Shown in pieces: positions 51,570 to 64,000 of a DNA stretch of 64,000 nt. The number at the start of each line of letters is the position of its first letter. Position 1 is the stretch's first letter. The stretch comes from Chiloscyllium plagiosum (taxonomy: Eukaryota), in NCBI RefSeq assembly GCF_004010195.1, contig NC_057750.1:14363221-14427220 (forward strand). Reading direction: 5' to 3'. The position numbers and the translations under genes are program-made. The notes below the pieces were generated by a model. The model saw only the letters and a list, made by a program, of their open reading frames with translations, ran no database searches and was not told where the DNA came from.

Positions 51570-52510
51570 TGTAGGGAAGACAAATGGTTCAATGACTTTC
51601 ATTGCAAGGGGATTTGAAATCATATGTCTGTCTTCAGTTTTATGGAGCTTTGTTGAGACCACATCTGCCATAAAGAAAGGATTAGGAGGCGGCACGATGG
51701 CTCAGTGGTTAGCGCTGCAGCCTCACAGCACCAGGGACCCAGGTTCGATTCCAGCCTCGGGCAACTGTCCCTGTGTCTGCGTGGGTTTCCTCCGGGTGCT
51801 CCAGTTTCTTCCCACAGTCCAAAGATGTGCAGGTCAGGTGAATTGGCCGTGCTAAATTGCTCATAGTGTTAGGTGCATTAGTCAGAGGGAAATGGGTCTG
51901 GGTGAGTTATTCTTCAGAGGGTCGATGTGGACTGGTTGGGCCAAAGGGCCTGTTTCCACACTGTAGGGAATCTAACCTAAAAAAAACTTACTTGGCATAG
52001 AGGGAGTATAACCAAGGTTCACTCAGCTAATATCGGGGATGGCAGGACTGTCCTTACTTAAGGAGCGATTGGTTTGACTTGACCTGTATTCATCAGTTAA
52101 GAAGGATTTGAAGGGTTCTGATTGAAACATGTAAAATTCCTATAGGGCTGGATATACCAGATGCTGGGAGGATGTTTTCCTGGCTGGGGAGTCTAGAATC
52201 AGAGATCACAGTATTAGGGTACAGGGTGGACCATTTAGGACTGAAATCACCAAAGATTTCTTTACTCAAAAGGTAGTGAACCTGTGTAATTCTCTACCAT
52301 GGAAGGCTGTAGAGGCCAAGTCACTGAATATATTTAAGGAAGAGATAAATACATTTTTAGATGTTATCAAGAGATAAATAGAGAAAACAGGAATATGGCA
52401 TTGAGATAGAGGATCAGCTATTGAGTATTCTGTATGCCAGCTGTACTGAATGGCAGACCACACTCAAAGGTACAAATGGTCTACTCTTGCTTCATGTTTT
52501 TATGTTTCTA
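51570..52510 (+). mobile_element. CR1 fragment interrupted by a V-SINE
   Basis: CR1 coding remnant resumes after the SINE (acttggcatagagggagta...) and ends in a CR1 tail. Confidence 0.8.
51685..51986 (+). mobile_element. HE1-like V-SINE
   Basis: A/B boxes, partial V-domain, CR1-like tail. Confidence 0.88.
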
Positions 52511-52891
52511 ATTTGGATCCGAGAGACATGTAGGTCAGCTTTACAATTCAGGCTTCTTGTGGGGAGCCTTCTCTCTTAGCTATGCATTGCAGAAAATTAT
52601 AGGTTCATTACCTCTCGTGTACTGCCACCAGTGACCAGTCTGAATTGTGGTGGTTTGCAATTATTGACATGTATGATGTATGAGAGACGTTACAGTCATA
52701 TATCCAGCATATCTGGACACAACCATCAAACCATTACTTAGCAGCCTAATGTCCACCCCCATTATTTTTGTCACAATTTTGTGGATGTAATGTAAAGACA
52801 TCCTTTAAAACTGCAGTTTTTATTCAGCAAATATTTTCAGAATGTTTTTGTTTGACCTTTTATTTTAAAAGGTTGTGTATTTTTTTCACAG

Positions 52892-53022
52892 ACAGCGTCC
52901 CTCTCTGGGTGAATGCCTTGCCCGACTTGCAGCTGCTATGCCAGTGGCTTTCCTTGAACACCATCTAAATGATCATAATGTATACTCAGTTTACAACACT
53001 AAAACAGCACGGGAGAGAGCCA
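52892..53022 (+). CDS. RYR1: RyR exon (~exon 65), 131 bp
   Basis: tcacag|A CAG...GCC A|gtaagt; [43 protein letters not shown]. Confidence 0.95.
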
Positions 53023-53224
53023 GTAAGTACAAGAGGAACAAAAGACAGTTGGATTTACCAAATCTTACAGCTCGTTGTATTTGTGAATTTGATTGATGAA
53101 AGCTGTTAATAGAGAATTAAATGTGAACAAACAAAATGTGTCTGTGATCTTGTTTCAAACTGATGGATCGACGTCCCTATGTATTTGCCTTAAAGCATTC
53201 CACATGCAAAGAACTTAATCAATC

Positions 53225-53432
53225 TCAATGTGGAGGTGCCTGTATTGGACTGGGTTGGACAAAGTTAAAAATCACGCAATACCAGGTTATAGTCCAATAG
53301 GTTTATTTGGAAGTACTAGCTTTTGGAGCGCTGGTCCTTCAGCTACGTGATGAAGGAGCAGCGCTCTGAAAGCTAGTGCTTCCAAATAAATCTGTTGGAC
53401 TACAACCTGGCATTGTGTGATTTTTAACTTTG
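53225..53432. mobile_element. PLE-derived fold-back element, same family as 39869
   Basis: Arms 53260-53432 folding at ~53346 between two decayed hammerheads; ~35-nt unpaired left extension. Confidence 0.85.
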
Positions 53433-54334
53433 GCAGTCTCAGAAATGTTTGCAATGGACAAGGATTCACAGAATAAAGCTGTTGCTATTTCTGCACAGTT
53501 TAGCAGTCTCAATCAGAGATGTCATTGGAAGACAGGTGTGTTGATGATGTGGTATTGGATGCCCATCTGACATTAAGGCGGGAAAATATCTTTGAACTGG
53601 AGTGGTGGATGTTATACTTTGCATTTAACAGTGCTACTGCTGATGTTTTGGTGCTTGTTGCAGTAACTGGTTAACTGAATTCCAACCATATTAAATTTCA
53701 CACTGGAACGTACACTAAAATCAACCTGAATTTTGTATATCCAAAAACATTCATTTAACAGATTCACCTGAGGTTCCTAAAAACTGATTCGTGCAGAAGT
53801 ATCAAATACAAAAGAAAAGTGATCATTTTCAGCCTTGCACGTTGTCTTTAATTGAGACCTTGTGTAGATGCCTCTCAAAATAAGGAATAATATAGATTGT
53901 GTTTCATTAATTATTGTCCTGTCTTATAAAATGTCCTGGAAATTTAATACATTTGTATTAGTGTGTTCAAACAGAACCAAAAGATCAAATAGGGTAACTA
54001 AAATACTGTTTTTCTTCATAATTATAACTTTGTTGTGAATTTTCAGGGACTATTCTAGTCCAAAGTATAATTATAACTATTACTTGTATTTTATTACATT
54101 AGCTACATAGCTGAAACAGAAATTCATTACTTTTTACAATAAAGCAAAGTTATTTTGTATCAACTGATGTCTCCTTCTGAACTGTTTAAATCGCCCTAAA
54201 TTTTAGAATCTTGTCTCTGAGAAGTATCATTGCAGTAGCTGCCAGCACCTATAGCATAAATCATTTTCTATTGAGAAATAAGCAATTCTGGTTGAGGAAT
54301 TACAGTTACGGGCTGGTTATTAGTCTTGGAGAAG

Positions 54335-55140
54335 AAAACAACATAGTAAACGAGATAAATAAACTAATAGAATGAGCAAGTCAGTGGCAAATGAATTCCA
54401 TTAAGCATAGGTGTGAATGGTACATTTTTAAAGATGAAATGAAGGGGCAACACGCTCCTTGAAAACCAGGAGTCTAACTGGGCTAGTGATCCAGAGATTC
54501 TGGTTTTGCATATTTTTAGAAGGAGCAACACAGGATAACATTTGCATAAAATTGCAAGTAAAGCGCAGGTTTATTTGTAGAAGAAGAAAATTGGAGACAG
54601 GTAATGTTAAATTTGTTTAAGACCTTTAGATTGCATTTAGAATGCTGTTCTCAGTTCGATCTCCATATTGCAAGAACAGTGAGCAGAAAAGTTGCAAAAT
54701 AGATTTGCAAGAATTAAATACAAGAATATAACTTATCAGAAATAGCAATTATCTGAGCTTACCTGTATTTCTCCCTAAGGGGAGAAGACTGAGGGCTGAC
54801 CTAGTAGAGATCTATAAAATTAGGAAGGGGAGTGATAAGGTAGATATTTAGAAAGTGTTTCTACTTACCAGGAAGTCTAAATCTAAATGTCGTTAACATC
54901 CAGTAGTCAATAAACCCAGTAAAGAATTCACAAGAAATGTTTTAGCGCAAAAAGTGGTTAGAATGTTGAACTTGCTTATACCTGGAATATTTGAGAGAAA
55001 AGGCATTGGTGTATTTAACGGGAAGCTAGATAGTGCATCAAAGGGAGTAGAATAGAAGGATGTGATAATACTTGAATGAAGCAAAATGACAGATCATTTG
55101 AACTCAACGGACTACTTCTCTGCTATAGGTATTATGTCAT
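54335..55140 (+). mobile_element. Old CR1 fragment
   Basis: agaagactgagggctgacctagtagagatctataaaatt (RRLRADLVEIYKI) and a degenerate 3' UTR. Confidence 0.65.
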
Positions 55141-55958
55141 TCTGTGAAGTTGGTAAGATTCAAAGAAATCTCAGAATCAGGGAGCTTGACTTCTTACTGC
55201 TCATATTAATACTTCAGAATGGACAATAGCAATAGCTTCTACTCACTTCCTAGCGCATGGTCTTTCCTGCCATCCCAAGCTACCCACCTTTTGCAATCCA
55301 CGATAAATATTTGATCTAACTTCAAATGTTCAGAGCCAACAGAGTATACAAAACATAACTTCAATGAATATGTAAGGTATTGAATGTAGAATGAAACCTT
55401 TACATTTTCTTGAATTCTTCTGAAAAAAAAGTCTTATTTTAATGAATCCATGAACTAATGCATCATTTTCCCTTTTTGATCTTTGCTGTGATATACCTTT
55501 TCTTTTCCCCTTCGCTAGTTTTTGCCATTGCTGTGGCCTGTTGGTAGCCATTGATGTCTCACCCAAACGATTGTTACTGAAATCGGATAGGAAATGTCAG
55601 CAAATAATTGACTTCATAGGGTATTGCAACCAAGCTCAGTTCTTCGTTTACACATTACAGCTTTGACCAGCATCATTGGATAACATCTGCAGTGCAAACT
55701 TTAATGGATGTATTCCTTCCTTTAACTCAGGTGTGTTAATTCTAGCATCCTGATCATCACCTGTTGAAATCAGTTAACCCAGCCCAGATGAACTTGGACC
55801 CTGCAATATGGCTAGCTATTCTCGAAATACTCAATCATTTAGAAGAGGGATAATTTGTCTCTTGTTACTGTACGGTTGTTGCATTTAAACACTGTAAAAG
55901 AACATGTGTACTGTTATGGATGGAAATAATTTAATTTGGTTTTCTTTTCTTTCAACAG

Positions 55959-56279
55959 TTTTGGGTTTGCCAAGTAGTGTTCATGAAATGTGTTCCGATA
56001 TTCCTGACTTGGACTATCTCATGAAAGAAATTAATGATCTCGCAGAGTCTGGTGCTCGTTACACTGAGATGCCACATGTTATTGAAATTACACTTCCTAT
56101 GCTGTGTAACTACCTGCCACGGTGGTGGGACCATGGATTTGACAATATTCCTGATGAAAACACAACATGCTGCACTAGTGTGACCTCTGAGCACCTTAAT
56201 GCCCTTCTGGGAAATATTCTGAAAATCATAGTTAACAACTTGGGCATTGATGAAGCATCGTGGATGAAAAGACTTGCAG
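55959..56279 (+). CDS. RYR1: RyR exon (~exon 66), 321 bp
   Basis: caacag|TT TTG...GCA G|gtacat; [15 protein letters not shown]...[30 protein letters not shown]...[15 protein letters not shown]. Confidence 0.95.
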
Positions 56280-56374
56280 GTACATGTTAACCCAATAACT
56301 GGGAAAGCATGCTATATATTTAAAAGGATTCAAATATTCAACTTGCTGCAGTTTGCAGAAATGTGCATATTTAT

Positions 56375-56732
56375 TCTTTTTTTTAAATCATTCATGGGAA
56401 TTGGACATCACTGGCTAAGCCAACACTTTTTAACCCATCCTTAATTGACCAGAGGGCTGTTAAGAGTCCACCACATCACTGTGGGTCTGGAGTCATGTAG
56501 GCCAGACCAGGTAAGGATAGCTATTTCCTTCCCTACAGGACATTAGCGAATCAAGTGGGGTTTTCCTGACCATCAGCAATGGATTCATGGTCATCATTAG
56601 ACTCTTAATTCCACATTTTTTTATAGACTCAATTCAAATTCAACCATTTGCTGTGATGGGATTGAAACTTGGATTCCCAGAACATTACTTGGGTCTCTGA
56701 ATTAACAGTCCAGTTCTAATACCACTAGTTTC
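56375..56732 (-). mobile_element. Second SINE family, full length
   Basis: Minus strand: head actagtggtattagaactggac...gtttcaatcccatcac, body, and tail attaaggatgggt...tggacatc-like end. Confidence 0.75.
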
Positions 56733-56744
56733 TAATGATTTTCC

Positions 56745-58030
56745 ATAAATTGAAGTCAAAACTGACCGGGTTTGTCCTACTCAGGAAGATTCAACCTGGT
56801 CAATTACTACTCCATCTACTCTTGATCAGCAAAGTGATGAAAAGTGTCATCAAAGGTATTTTCAAGCATAACTTATACTACATTAACTTGTTCAGTGATG
56901 CTCAGTTTCAGTTTCTCCAGGGCCACTCAGGTCCAGACCTCATTAAGGAATTGATACAAATTGAACAAAGATCTAGACTCGAGGTGTCAAGGCAGCATTT
57001 GACCAGGTGTGGCAGCAAAGGGCCTTAACGAAATTGAAGTCATTTGAAATCAGAAAAACCTTCATGGTTGCACCCATGTCTAGCACAAAGGAAGAAGACT
57101 AGAGTGGCTGGAGGCCAATCATCTCATCTCCAGGATATCACTGTAGGAATTCCTCTGGGTATTTTCCCATTGATCTTCAGTACTTTTTCATAGCTTTGCT
57201 CCATCATAAGGTCAGAAGTCAGGAAGTTCTCAAATTGTACAGTTGTCAGTACTGTTTACAAATTTTCAGATGCTAAAGCAATCTATGTCCATCTGGAGCA
57301 AGATTCAGATTGGACTACCCAGTGTCAAGTACACAAGTGCCAGGCAATGGCCATCTCCAGTAAGTGAGAATCTAACCATTGCCCACTCAATAGCAATGCT
57401 ATCTCTGAATCATCCATCAACACCATGACAGATACGATTATCTAGAAACATAACAGGAACAACTATATCAATTCTGTGGCTGCAAGAGCAGGTCGGAAAC
57501 TGAGAATATTGCATGAACACTTCCAGGCTTCCAAAACCTATCGACCGTATACAAGTCAGGAATATGATGGGAAACGTTCCATCTACCTGGATGACTGCAA
57601 CCTAAGACCATTCAAAGCTTGACACTACGCTGGGCAATGCACTCAGGCACCATTTAAAACATTCACTCCCTCCACCACTAATGTGCAGTAACAACAGTGT
57701 GTAATCATTTACAAGATGTATCGCTGCACCTTGCCAAGTCTCCTTCATTTCAAAATTGCAGCCTCTATTAGCTGGAAGGTCAAGGGGCAGCAGAGGCAGG
57801 AGAACATCATCACCTACAGTTCCAAGGCAGGCACCATCCTGCCTTGGAACTAATTTCATTGTTCCTTCACTGTCCCTGGGTCAAAATCTTTGAATTCATT
57901 TCCTGACAACATTGTGGGTGTACATACGCCACATGGACTGCAGTAATTCACTACCACCACCTCAAAGGAAATTAAGGATGGGCAATAAATACTGGCTTAG
58001 CTAATGATGCCAGCATCTATTTAAAAAAAA
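56745..58030 (+). mobile_element. Decayed non-HER1 LINE of the CR1/L2 group (RT region to 3' end)
   Basis: LLLISKVMKSVI, DAQFQFLQGHSGPDLI and aaggcagcatttgaccaggtgtggc (KAAFDxVW) RT remnants; ends aattaaggatgggcaataaatactggc...aaaaaaaa. Confidence 0.7.
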
Positions 58031-58074
58031 GGATTGTTCATTCCATGAAATAAGTAGATTACTTTGTATATAGG

Positions 58075-59850
58075 TATAGATATGTGAGGAATAAAAGGTT
58101 GAAGAGGGTAGGAATAGGGCCAGTCAAAAACAGAAGTGGGAAGTTATATGTGGACACTAGAGATCGGAGAAGTGCTAAACGAATATTTCTCATCTGTTTT
58201 CACTCAGGAAAAGGAGAATATTGTAGAGAAGAAGACTACAATAGGGGCTATTAGACTAGAAAGGTTTGAGGTTAGTAAGGAGGAGGTGTTATCAATTCTA
58301 GAAGTTGTAAAAGTAGATAAGTCCCCTGGGCTGGATGAGATTTATCCAAGAATTGTCTGGGAAGCGAGGGAGGAGATGGCGGAGCCTTTGGCCTTGATCT
58401 TTGAGTCGTCATTGTCTACAGGTTTAGTGCCAGAGGACTGGAGGATGACAAATATTGTGTCCTTGTTCAAGAAGGGCAGCAGAGATGACCTACGTAACTA
58501 TAGACCAGTGAGCCTTACGCCTGTTATAGGAAATGTTTTGGAAAGGGTTTTACGATATAGGAATTATAATCATCTAGCAAGCAACAATTTGATTGGAGAT
58601 GTTCAACATGGTTTCATCAAGCGCTGGTCGTGTCTCACAAACCTGATTGAGTTTTTTTGAGAAGGTGACCAAGCATGTGGATAAGGGTAGGGCAGTTGAT
58701 GTGGTGTACATAAACTTCAGTAAAGCCTTTGATAATGTTCCACATGATAGGCTTTTGGAGAAAATGTGGAGGCATGGGATTGAGGGTGATTTAGCAGTTT
58801 GGATTAGAAACTGGCTTTCTGAGAGAAGGCAGCAAGTGATGGTTGATGGAAAATATTCAGCCTGGAGTCCAGTAACTAGTGGTATGCCAATGGATCTTAT
58901 TTGGGACTACTGCTGTTTGTCATTTTTACAAATGACTTGGACGCAGGCATAGGTGGATGGGTCAGTAAGTTTGCAGATGCCACTAAAGTCGATGGAGTGA
59001 TGGATAGTGTGGAAGAATGTTGCAGATTGCAGGGGGACTTGGATAAACTGCAGAATTAGGCTGAGAGGTGGCAAATTCAGATAAATGTGAGGTGATTCAC
59101 TTTAGGAAGAATAACAGGAAGGCAGAATACTGGGTCAATGAAAAGATTCTTGGTAGTGTGGATGTGCAGAGATATCTTGGAGTCCATGTACATAGATCCC
59201 TGAAAGTTGCCACCCAGGTTGATAGTGCTGTTAAGAAGGCATACAGTGTTAGGTTTTATTGGTAGAAGGATTGAGTTCCGGAGCTGTGATGTCATGCTGC
59301 AACTGTACAAAACAGTGGTGCGGCCACTCTTGGAATATTGTATACAGTTCTGGTCACCCCATTACAGGAAGGATGTGGAAGCATTGGAAAAGGTGCAGAG
59401 GAGATTTACCGGGTTATTGCCTGGTCTGGAGCGAAGGTCTTATGAGGAAAGGCTGAGGGACTTGGGTCTGTTCTCTTTGGAGAGAAGAAGGCTAGGAAGG
59501 GATTTAGTAGAGACATACAAGATGATCAGAGGATTAGATAGGGGAGACAGCGAGAGTCTTTTTCCTAGGATGATGACATCAGCTTATACGAGGGTGCATA
59601 GTTACAAATTGAGGGGTGATAGATTTAAGACAGCTGTCAGAGGCAGGATCTTTATACAGAGAGTGGTAAGGGCATGAAATGCCCTGCCTGCCAATGTAGT
59701 TAACTCAGCCACATTACAGGCACTTAAACAGTCCTTGAATAAGCATATGGATAATGGTGGGATAGTGTGGAGAGATGGGATTAGATTAGTTCACAGGTTG
59801 GCACAACATCGAGGGACGAAGGGCCTGTTCTGCGCTGTTATGTTCTATAT
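58075..59850 (+). mobile_element. CR1/HER1 LINE, 5'-truncated, frameshifted ORF2
   Basis: KSPGLDEIYPR, NYRPVSLT, QHGF, YINFSKAFDNVPH, SKFADATK, QFWSPHYRKDVEALEKVQRRFT; 3' tail gaagggcctgttctgcgctgt. Confidence 0.95.
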
Positions 59851-60109
59851 GTACTTTTCATTATAAATAATTTCCCCTGTTTTGCACCAAACTTAATGTT
59901 TTCAAAATCCACAAGGTCACTATGTCAAGGAAGCCTGAAATTGTATTAATGTAGATTTTTGTTGCATCTTTATCTGACTATAATATGTATGTATGTATAT
60001 ATTAAATGGTATGGGAAAAAAAGCCAAAAGAAAGAATGTTAAAGTTTACACCATTTTTACGTACGATACAATTCATCTCTTTCTGCATATTTTGTTTCAC
60101 TCCATCCAG

Positions 60110-60350
60110 TTTTTGCTCAACCAATTATCAGCAAGGCCAAACCAGAATTGCTGAAATCCCATTTTATCCCAACCATGGAAAAGTTAAAGAAGAGATCAGC
60201 GAAGGTGGTAGCTGAAGAGGATCAACTACGCATGGAGGGCAAGGGTGACATTGTGGAGAGCGAATTACTAATTCGAGATGAATTTTCTGTCCTCTGTCGG
60301 GATTTATATGCATTGTACCCTCTCCTGATTCGCTATGTGGACAATAATAG
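60110..60350 (+). CDS. RYR1: RyR exon (~exon 67), 241 bp
   Basis: atccag|TT TTT...AAT AG|gtgaat; [28 protein letters not shown]...[25 protein letters not shown]. Confidence 0.95.
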
Positions 60351-60889
60351 GTGAATTTGTTGTTTACCACTCACTAACTTGCTCATGCAACTAACTTTGT
60401 TTGTTTGAAACAATCCAATTTTAACGTATCCATTTACCTTAAATTTTACTTTGGATGTTCATATCTGTTCACTGGGTTTCCTAGACTTCATGAAACCCAG
60501 GAACTGAAGGAAGGCAAGTCTGACCAATCAGGGAATTTTCTTGACAGTATCATTTATAAGCTAGCAGTAGCACTAGTGCACCTCTCCAGCCCAGTACCCT
60601 TAACTGCATCTTTTTCAACAATCAGACACCCTCAATTATCCATTATCTTTCCCCAACTATCCTTTCTCTTCCATTTACTGCCTAACATCTTTTTCCAGTT
60701 GTACCAGCTTCCCCCACTCCATCACCAGTATGTAATCACAGCTATCTAATGTTTTTCACTGCCTCACATTTTTTAAAGTACCCCTTCTCCATTCATCCAT
60801 TTATATCTTCGCTTCTCTCCCGCTTCCCCTGTCAATGAATTCACCCACAATTTACCTTTTGATGTTTCCAGCTATGGCCTGTTGCAGAA

Positions 60890-61098
60890 TGATGAGGAGG
60901 TGCAGATGTTTGACTGGGGTGGATAAAATTAAAAACCTCACAATGCCAGGTTATAGTCCAACAGGTTTATATAGAAGTACTATTCGGAGCACTGATCCTT
61001 CGTCAGGTAGCTACCTAATAAATGAGCAGCATTCCGAAAGCTAGTGCTTCCAAATAAACCTGTTGGACTATAACCTGATATTGTGTAATTTTTAACTC
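60890..61098. mobile_element. PLE-derived fold-back element with 8-bp TSD
   Basis: Arms ~60929-61096 folding at caggtagctacct; TSD ttgcagaa at 60882-60889 and 61099-61106; hammerheads decayed. Confidence 0.85.
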
Positions 61099-61321
61099 TT
61101 GCAGAAATCCTTCGCACATGACAGCTAGTCGGCCTCCGATCAGGTTGGCTGGCGAACTGACAGTTGGAAAACATCGTCAAAACACTTAACAGAGGTCCTA
61201 CCTTTGTATTTGACAAGCACTCTTGGAAATCTGTACTTCACACAGCATTCAAAAATAATAGACTTGTAAAGACTACAGCTCCACTATCACATCTTCAAAA
61301 CCATAATGTTTGAAGAACGTG

Positions 61322-62034
61322 TGTTATGATATGTGTAAACTCCCCTACTTAATTTAAGCCAACAACACAGAAAAGATTTATCCCTTATAATAATCTGTGA
61401 AAATTCGAGAGGCCGAGAACTATCCCAAAGGCCACTATTTAAAGTAAAAATTAACAACTTTATTTCTTAAAGTATAACAGAATAATTAACTAACAACTAT
61501 TTACAACTCCTTTCTCTCACCTCTCTTTTACCTTCCCCTTCTACAGTACTAGTCCGATAAAACCCCCGATTATGATTTACCAAAAATTCAAATTTCAAAA
61601 CCAGCCAGCTGTAGAGTCTTCTCTTTATATCTTCCTCTGTCTTCTTCTTCTTGGGGATTTCTGTTTCACAGGTCACTCATCAATAAAGGTACCTTTAAAG
61701 GAGCTATTTGCCAGGCAATCTGTACATGCTGGCAGCTTGACAGTTCTCCTCCCACTGTTCAATGTTTCCCAGTCTTATACCCCAAAGCATTGGATTGTCT
61801 CATTTTTTAAAAAAATATTGTCAATATACTAAATTCAAACTTGATTGGAGGTTAGTATTTTGGGGTATAATTTAAACTGATTGGCCGAATTTGAATTTGT
61901 GTTGTCATCTGCAGCATTAGCTGCTTGACCAAAAGGTTACATTATATCTTGTTCAGAACACTTGGTGATGTATCAGGTAGTCCTGCTAGCTTTTAACTCT
62001 CTTAAAGGTACAGTACACCCACAGCTTTATAACA
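61322..62034 (-). mobile_element. Solo LTR, related to 25460-26190
   Basis: tgttatga...ttataaca termini; shared ctctcttaaaggtacagtacac and aaattcaaacttg blocks. Confidence 0.75.
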
Positions 62035-62565
62035 TATGACCACAATGACTCATCCTATGGCAAACCACTGTGGGTGTGCATCTGTTTGGAGCCCTACCAA
62101 GCATTATAAAGAGGACATTGAATTTTGCTTAATGTTTTGACTAGATCTAGAGCTGCAATATTATTGTACAAAAAAAAAACAAATTTTATTGAGGGTGTTT
62201 AAATCACTGAATGTCAGAGCATTGAGAATCAAAGATAAAGCAGAAAATTATTTTTGTAATGAAATTTGCTGCAAAGAAGTTGTTTGGTAGTCATTGATCA
62301 ACAGATTAAAAGTAATTAATTAATATTTATCGAGTAATAACTTGCACTTTATTATTTAGAAATTAGTTCATTTTACAGCAAAGGTAGCATTTGTGTTGAT
62401 TTTTAAACAGTGTATTAATGTTAATTAATATGCATTTTGCTGAGAGTTTTCATCACACCTAGTTTATTTCATTTTTTGGTAGTTATAGCAAAGTACATCT
62501 TTCCTTTTCAGAAAAATATCTGACCTTCTTTATATTGTGACTTTTGGTTTTGTTTATATTTACAG

Positions 62566-62653
62566 GGCACAGTGGTTAACGGAACCAAACCCTGATGCTG
62601 AAGAGCTCTTCAGAATGGTGGGAGACATCTTCATATTGTGGTCAAAGTCACAT
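62566..62653 (+). CDS. RYR1: RyR exon (~exon 68), 88 bp
   Basis: ttacag|G GCA...TCA CAT|gtaggt; [29 protein letters not shown]. Confidence 0.95.
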
Positions 62654-63620
62654 GTAGGTTATTCAGTTTTCATCAAATCAAAATTATGAGGCTCTACCCA
62701 ATGCTAAATTTCTTCATTAACTTATCTCTCTTATGTGTCTTTTACTTATAACTTAATTATGGTATAAAAATAGCATTTAGTATATACAGTGAAGAAATGT
62801 CTGTCAGCTTTGAAAAAGTAATATTTTCAAAATTACTCCAGAGCCCTCAGTATGAAGTACTTAAAGCCCACTGGCAAACTCTTTCAGTAATCTTCAGCTT
62901 CTGTTCTTCAAACTGTTATTCCAACACAGTACATCTATATAATGATTTGTATGCATATCCCAGAACATGATTTTCCCAAGTTTCATTTGTCCAGGCAATG
63001 AATAATGTTGAAAGGGTTGCTGTTGACAGCTCCTTTTAAATAAACAACATCCAGTGTAACCTGAAGTAAAAGGAATATCAGAAAAGATTCTGAAGTTAAG
63101 TTGAGAAATACAAGTAGAAATTGGGGTACTATATTTTCCAATAATGCAGCTTCTAAAACAACTAATTGCATTTTCCATAAGGCTGTATTTGCTGCGCACA
63201 CAACCACAGGGAGTGCATTCAGAGACGCATTGCCTGTGAAATCATTGTTCGTGATGCCACAGTTTACTGGTTGTTTCAGTAACTAGGGATGGCCCAAACT
63301 ACTACACTGATTCAGTTTCCCTGATTGTTCAGTGAATGAGTACTTCTCATAGAGTGATATTAGCAATAAAATTTGCGTCTAGTGATTTTAAAAAAATGCA
63401 TGTGCCTGGTCCCCACTCCACGTTGCACTGCCATGACTGGTATGCTGATCTGGAGTGGGGGGTAGAGTACCTATGGGCAAAGTGAGTGATAATTCCCAAT
63501 TCCTGGACAATATGGGCACCTTGAGTTCCAGGCCCACATCAATGCCATAAACAGCGCAGAGCTCCTGTCCCAGTGTGTGGCAAGAGATATACCTATTTCC
63601 AAAATAGATCTGTTAAGCCA

Positions 63621-63820
63621 GTGTAGGAGAAAAGTGCTGCAGATGCTCGAATCTGTCCTGAAAATAAAACATGCTGGAGATCACAGCGGGTTAGGCAGCA
63701 TCCATAGAAAGGGAGCAAGCTACCGTTTCGAGTCTACATAACTCTTCATCAGAGCTGAGTGTGAAGGGGGCAGTATATATACAAATAGTTGGCGGGGGGT
63801 GGTGGGTAAGTGTTGGAATG
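63621..63820 (-). mobile_element. PLE terminal fragment with hammerhead-like motif and TSD
   Basis: Minus AGCU-CUGAUGA-A-GAGUU augua GACUC-GAA-ACGG-U-AGCU (63718-63756); TSD ctgttaagcca at 63610-63620 and 63821-63831. Confidence 0.8.
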
Positions 63821-64000
63821 CTGTTAAGCCAATGGCCTACTCCTGTTCATGATTCCTATGTTATCATGATTGTATTGAAAACTTAACTATATATCATAAG
63901 CATTTTCTGTCAGTTTGGCAGTAGAATTTTATCTATGAATATCCTATCTGAAGCGGTATGACTGCCATTTAGTAGCTTATTTCTATTTAGATTATTTTCC

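Noticed and set aside
58136..59677. Active reverse transcriptase gene
   Set aside because: 5'-truncated, with several frameshifts and stops; the catalytic FADD reads FADA.
62566..62578. Exon start ggcacagtggtta is identical to the SINE A-box
   Set aside because: It encodes conserved RyR residues (RAQWL); the match is coincidental.
62654..64000. Next RyR exon (NFKREEQNF...)
   Set aside because: Not found in the window; presumably lies downstream.

Overview
Eukaryotic genomic DNA, most likely from a shark (inferred from the HE1-type V-SINE, Deu-domain SINE and CR1/HER1 LINE repertoire). The window lies entirely inside one + strand ryanodine receptor gene, best matching RYR1. I traced 24 GT-AG coding exons (1590-62653; 3127 nt, 1042 codons, one open frame across all junctions), equivalent to human RYR1 exons 45-68. 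They include the Repeat3&4 phosphorylation loop (KTRKISQ). The introns are rich in repeats: CR1 and other LINE fragments, several tRNA-derived SINE families, solo LTRs, a 30-bp minisatellite and a CT tract. The most notable non-genic signal is a dense set of Penelope-like element (PLE) derivatives with minimal hammerhead-ribozyme cores (CUGAnGA-stem II-GAAA-palindromic helix III). Several are short non-coding fold-back units with target-site duplications (TSDs). The best is a near-perfect 340-bp palindrome (39910-40249) with one intact hammerhead on each strand. A decayed GIY-YIG endonuclease fragment linked to an intact hammerhead (19290-19710) ties them to PLEs. All calls come from reading the sequence by eye; repeat boundaries are approximate, and human exon comparisons are from memory.
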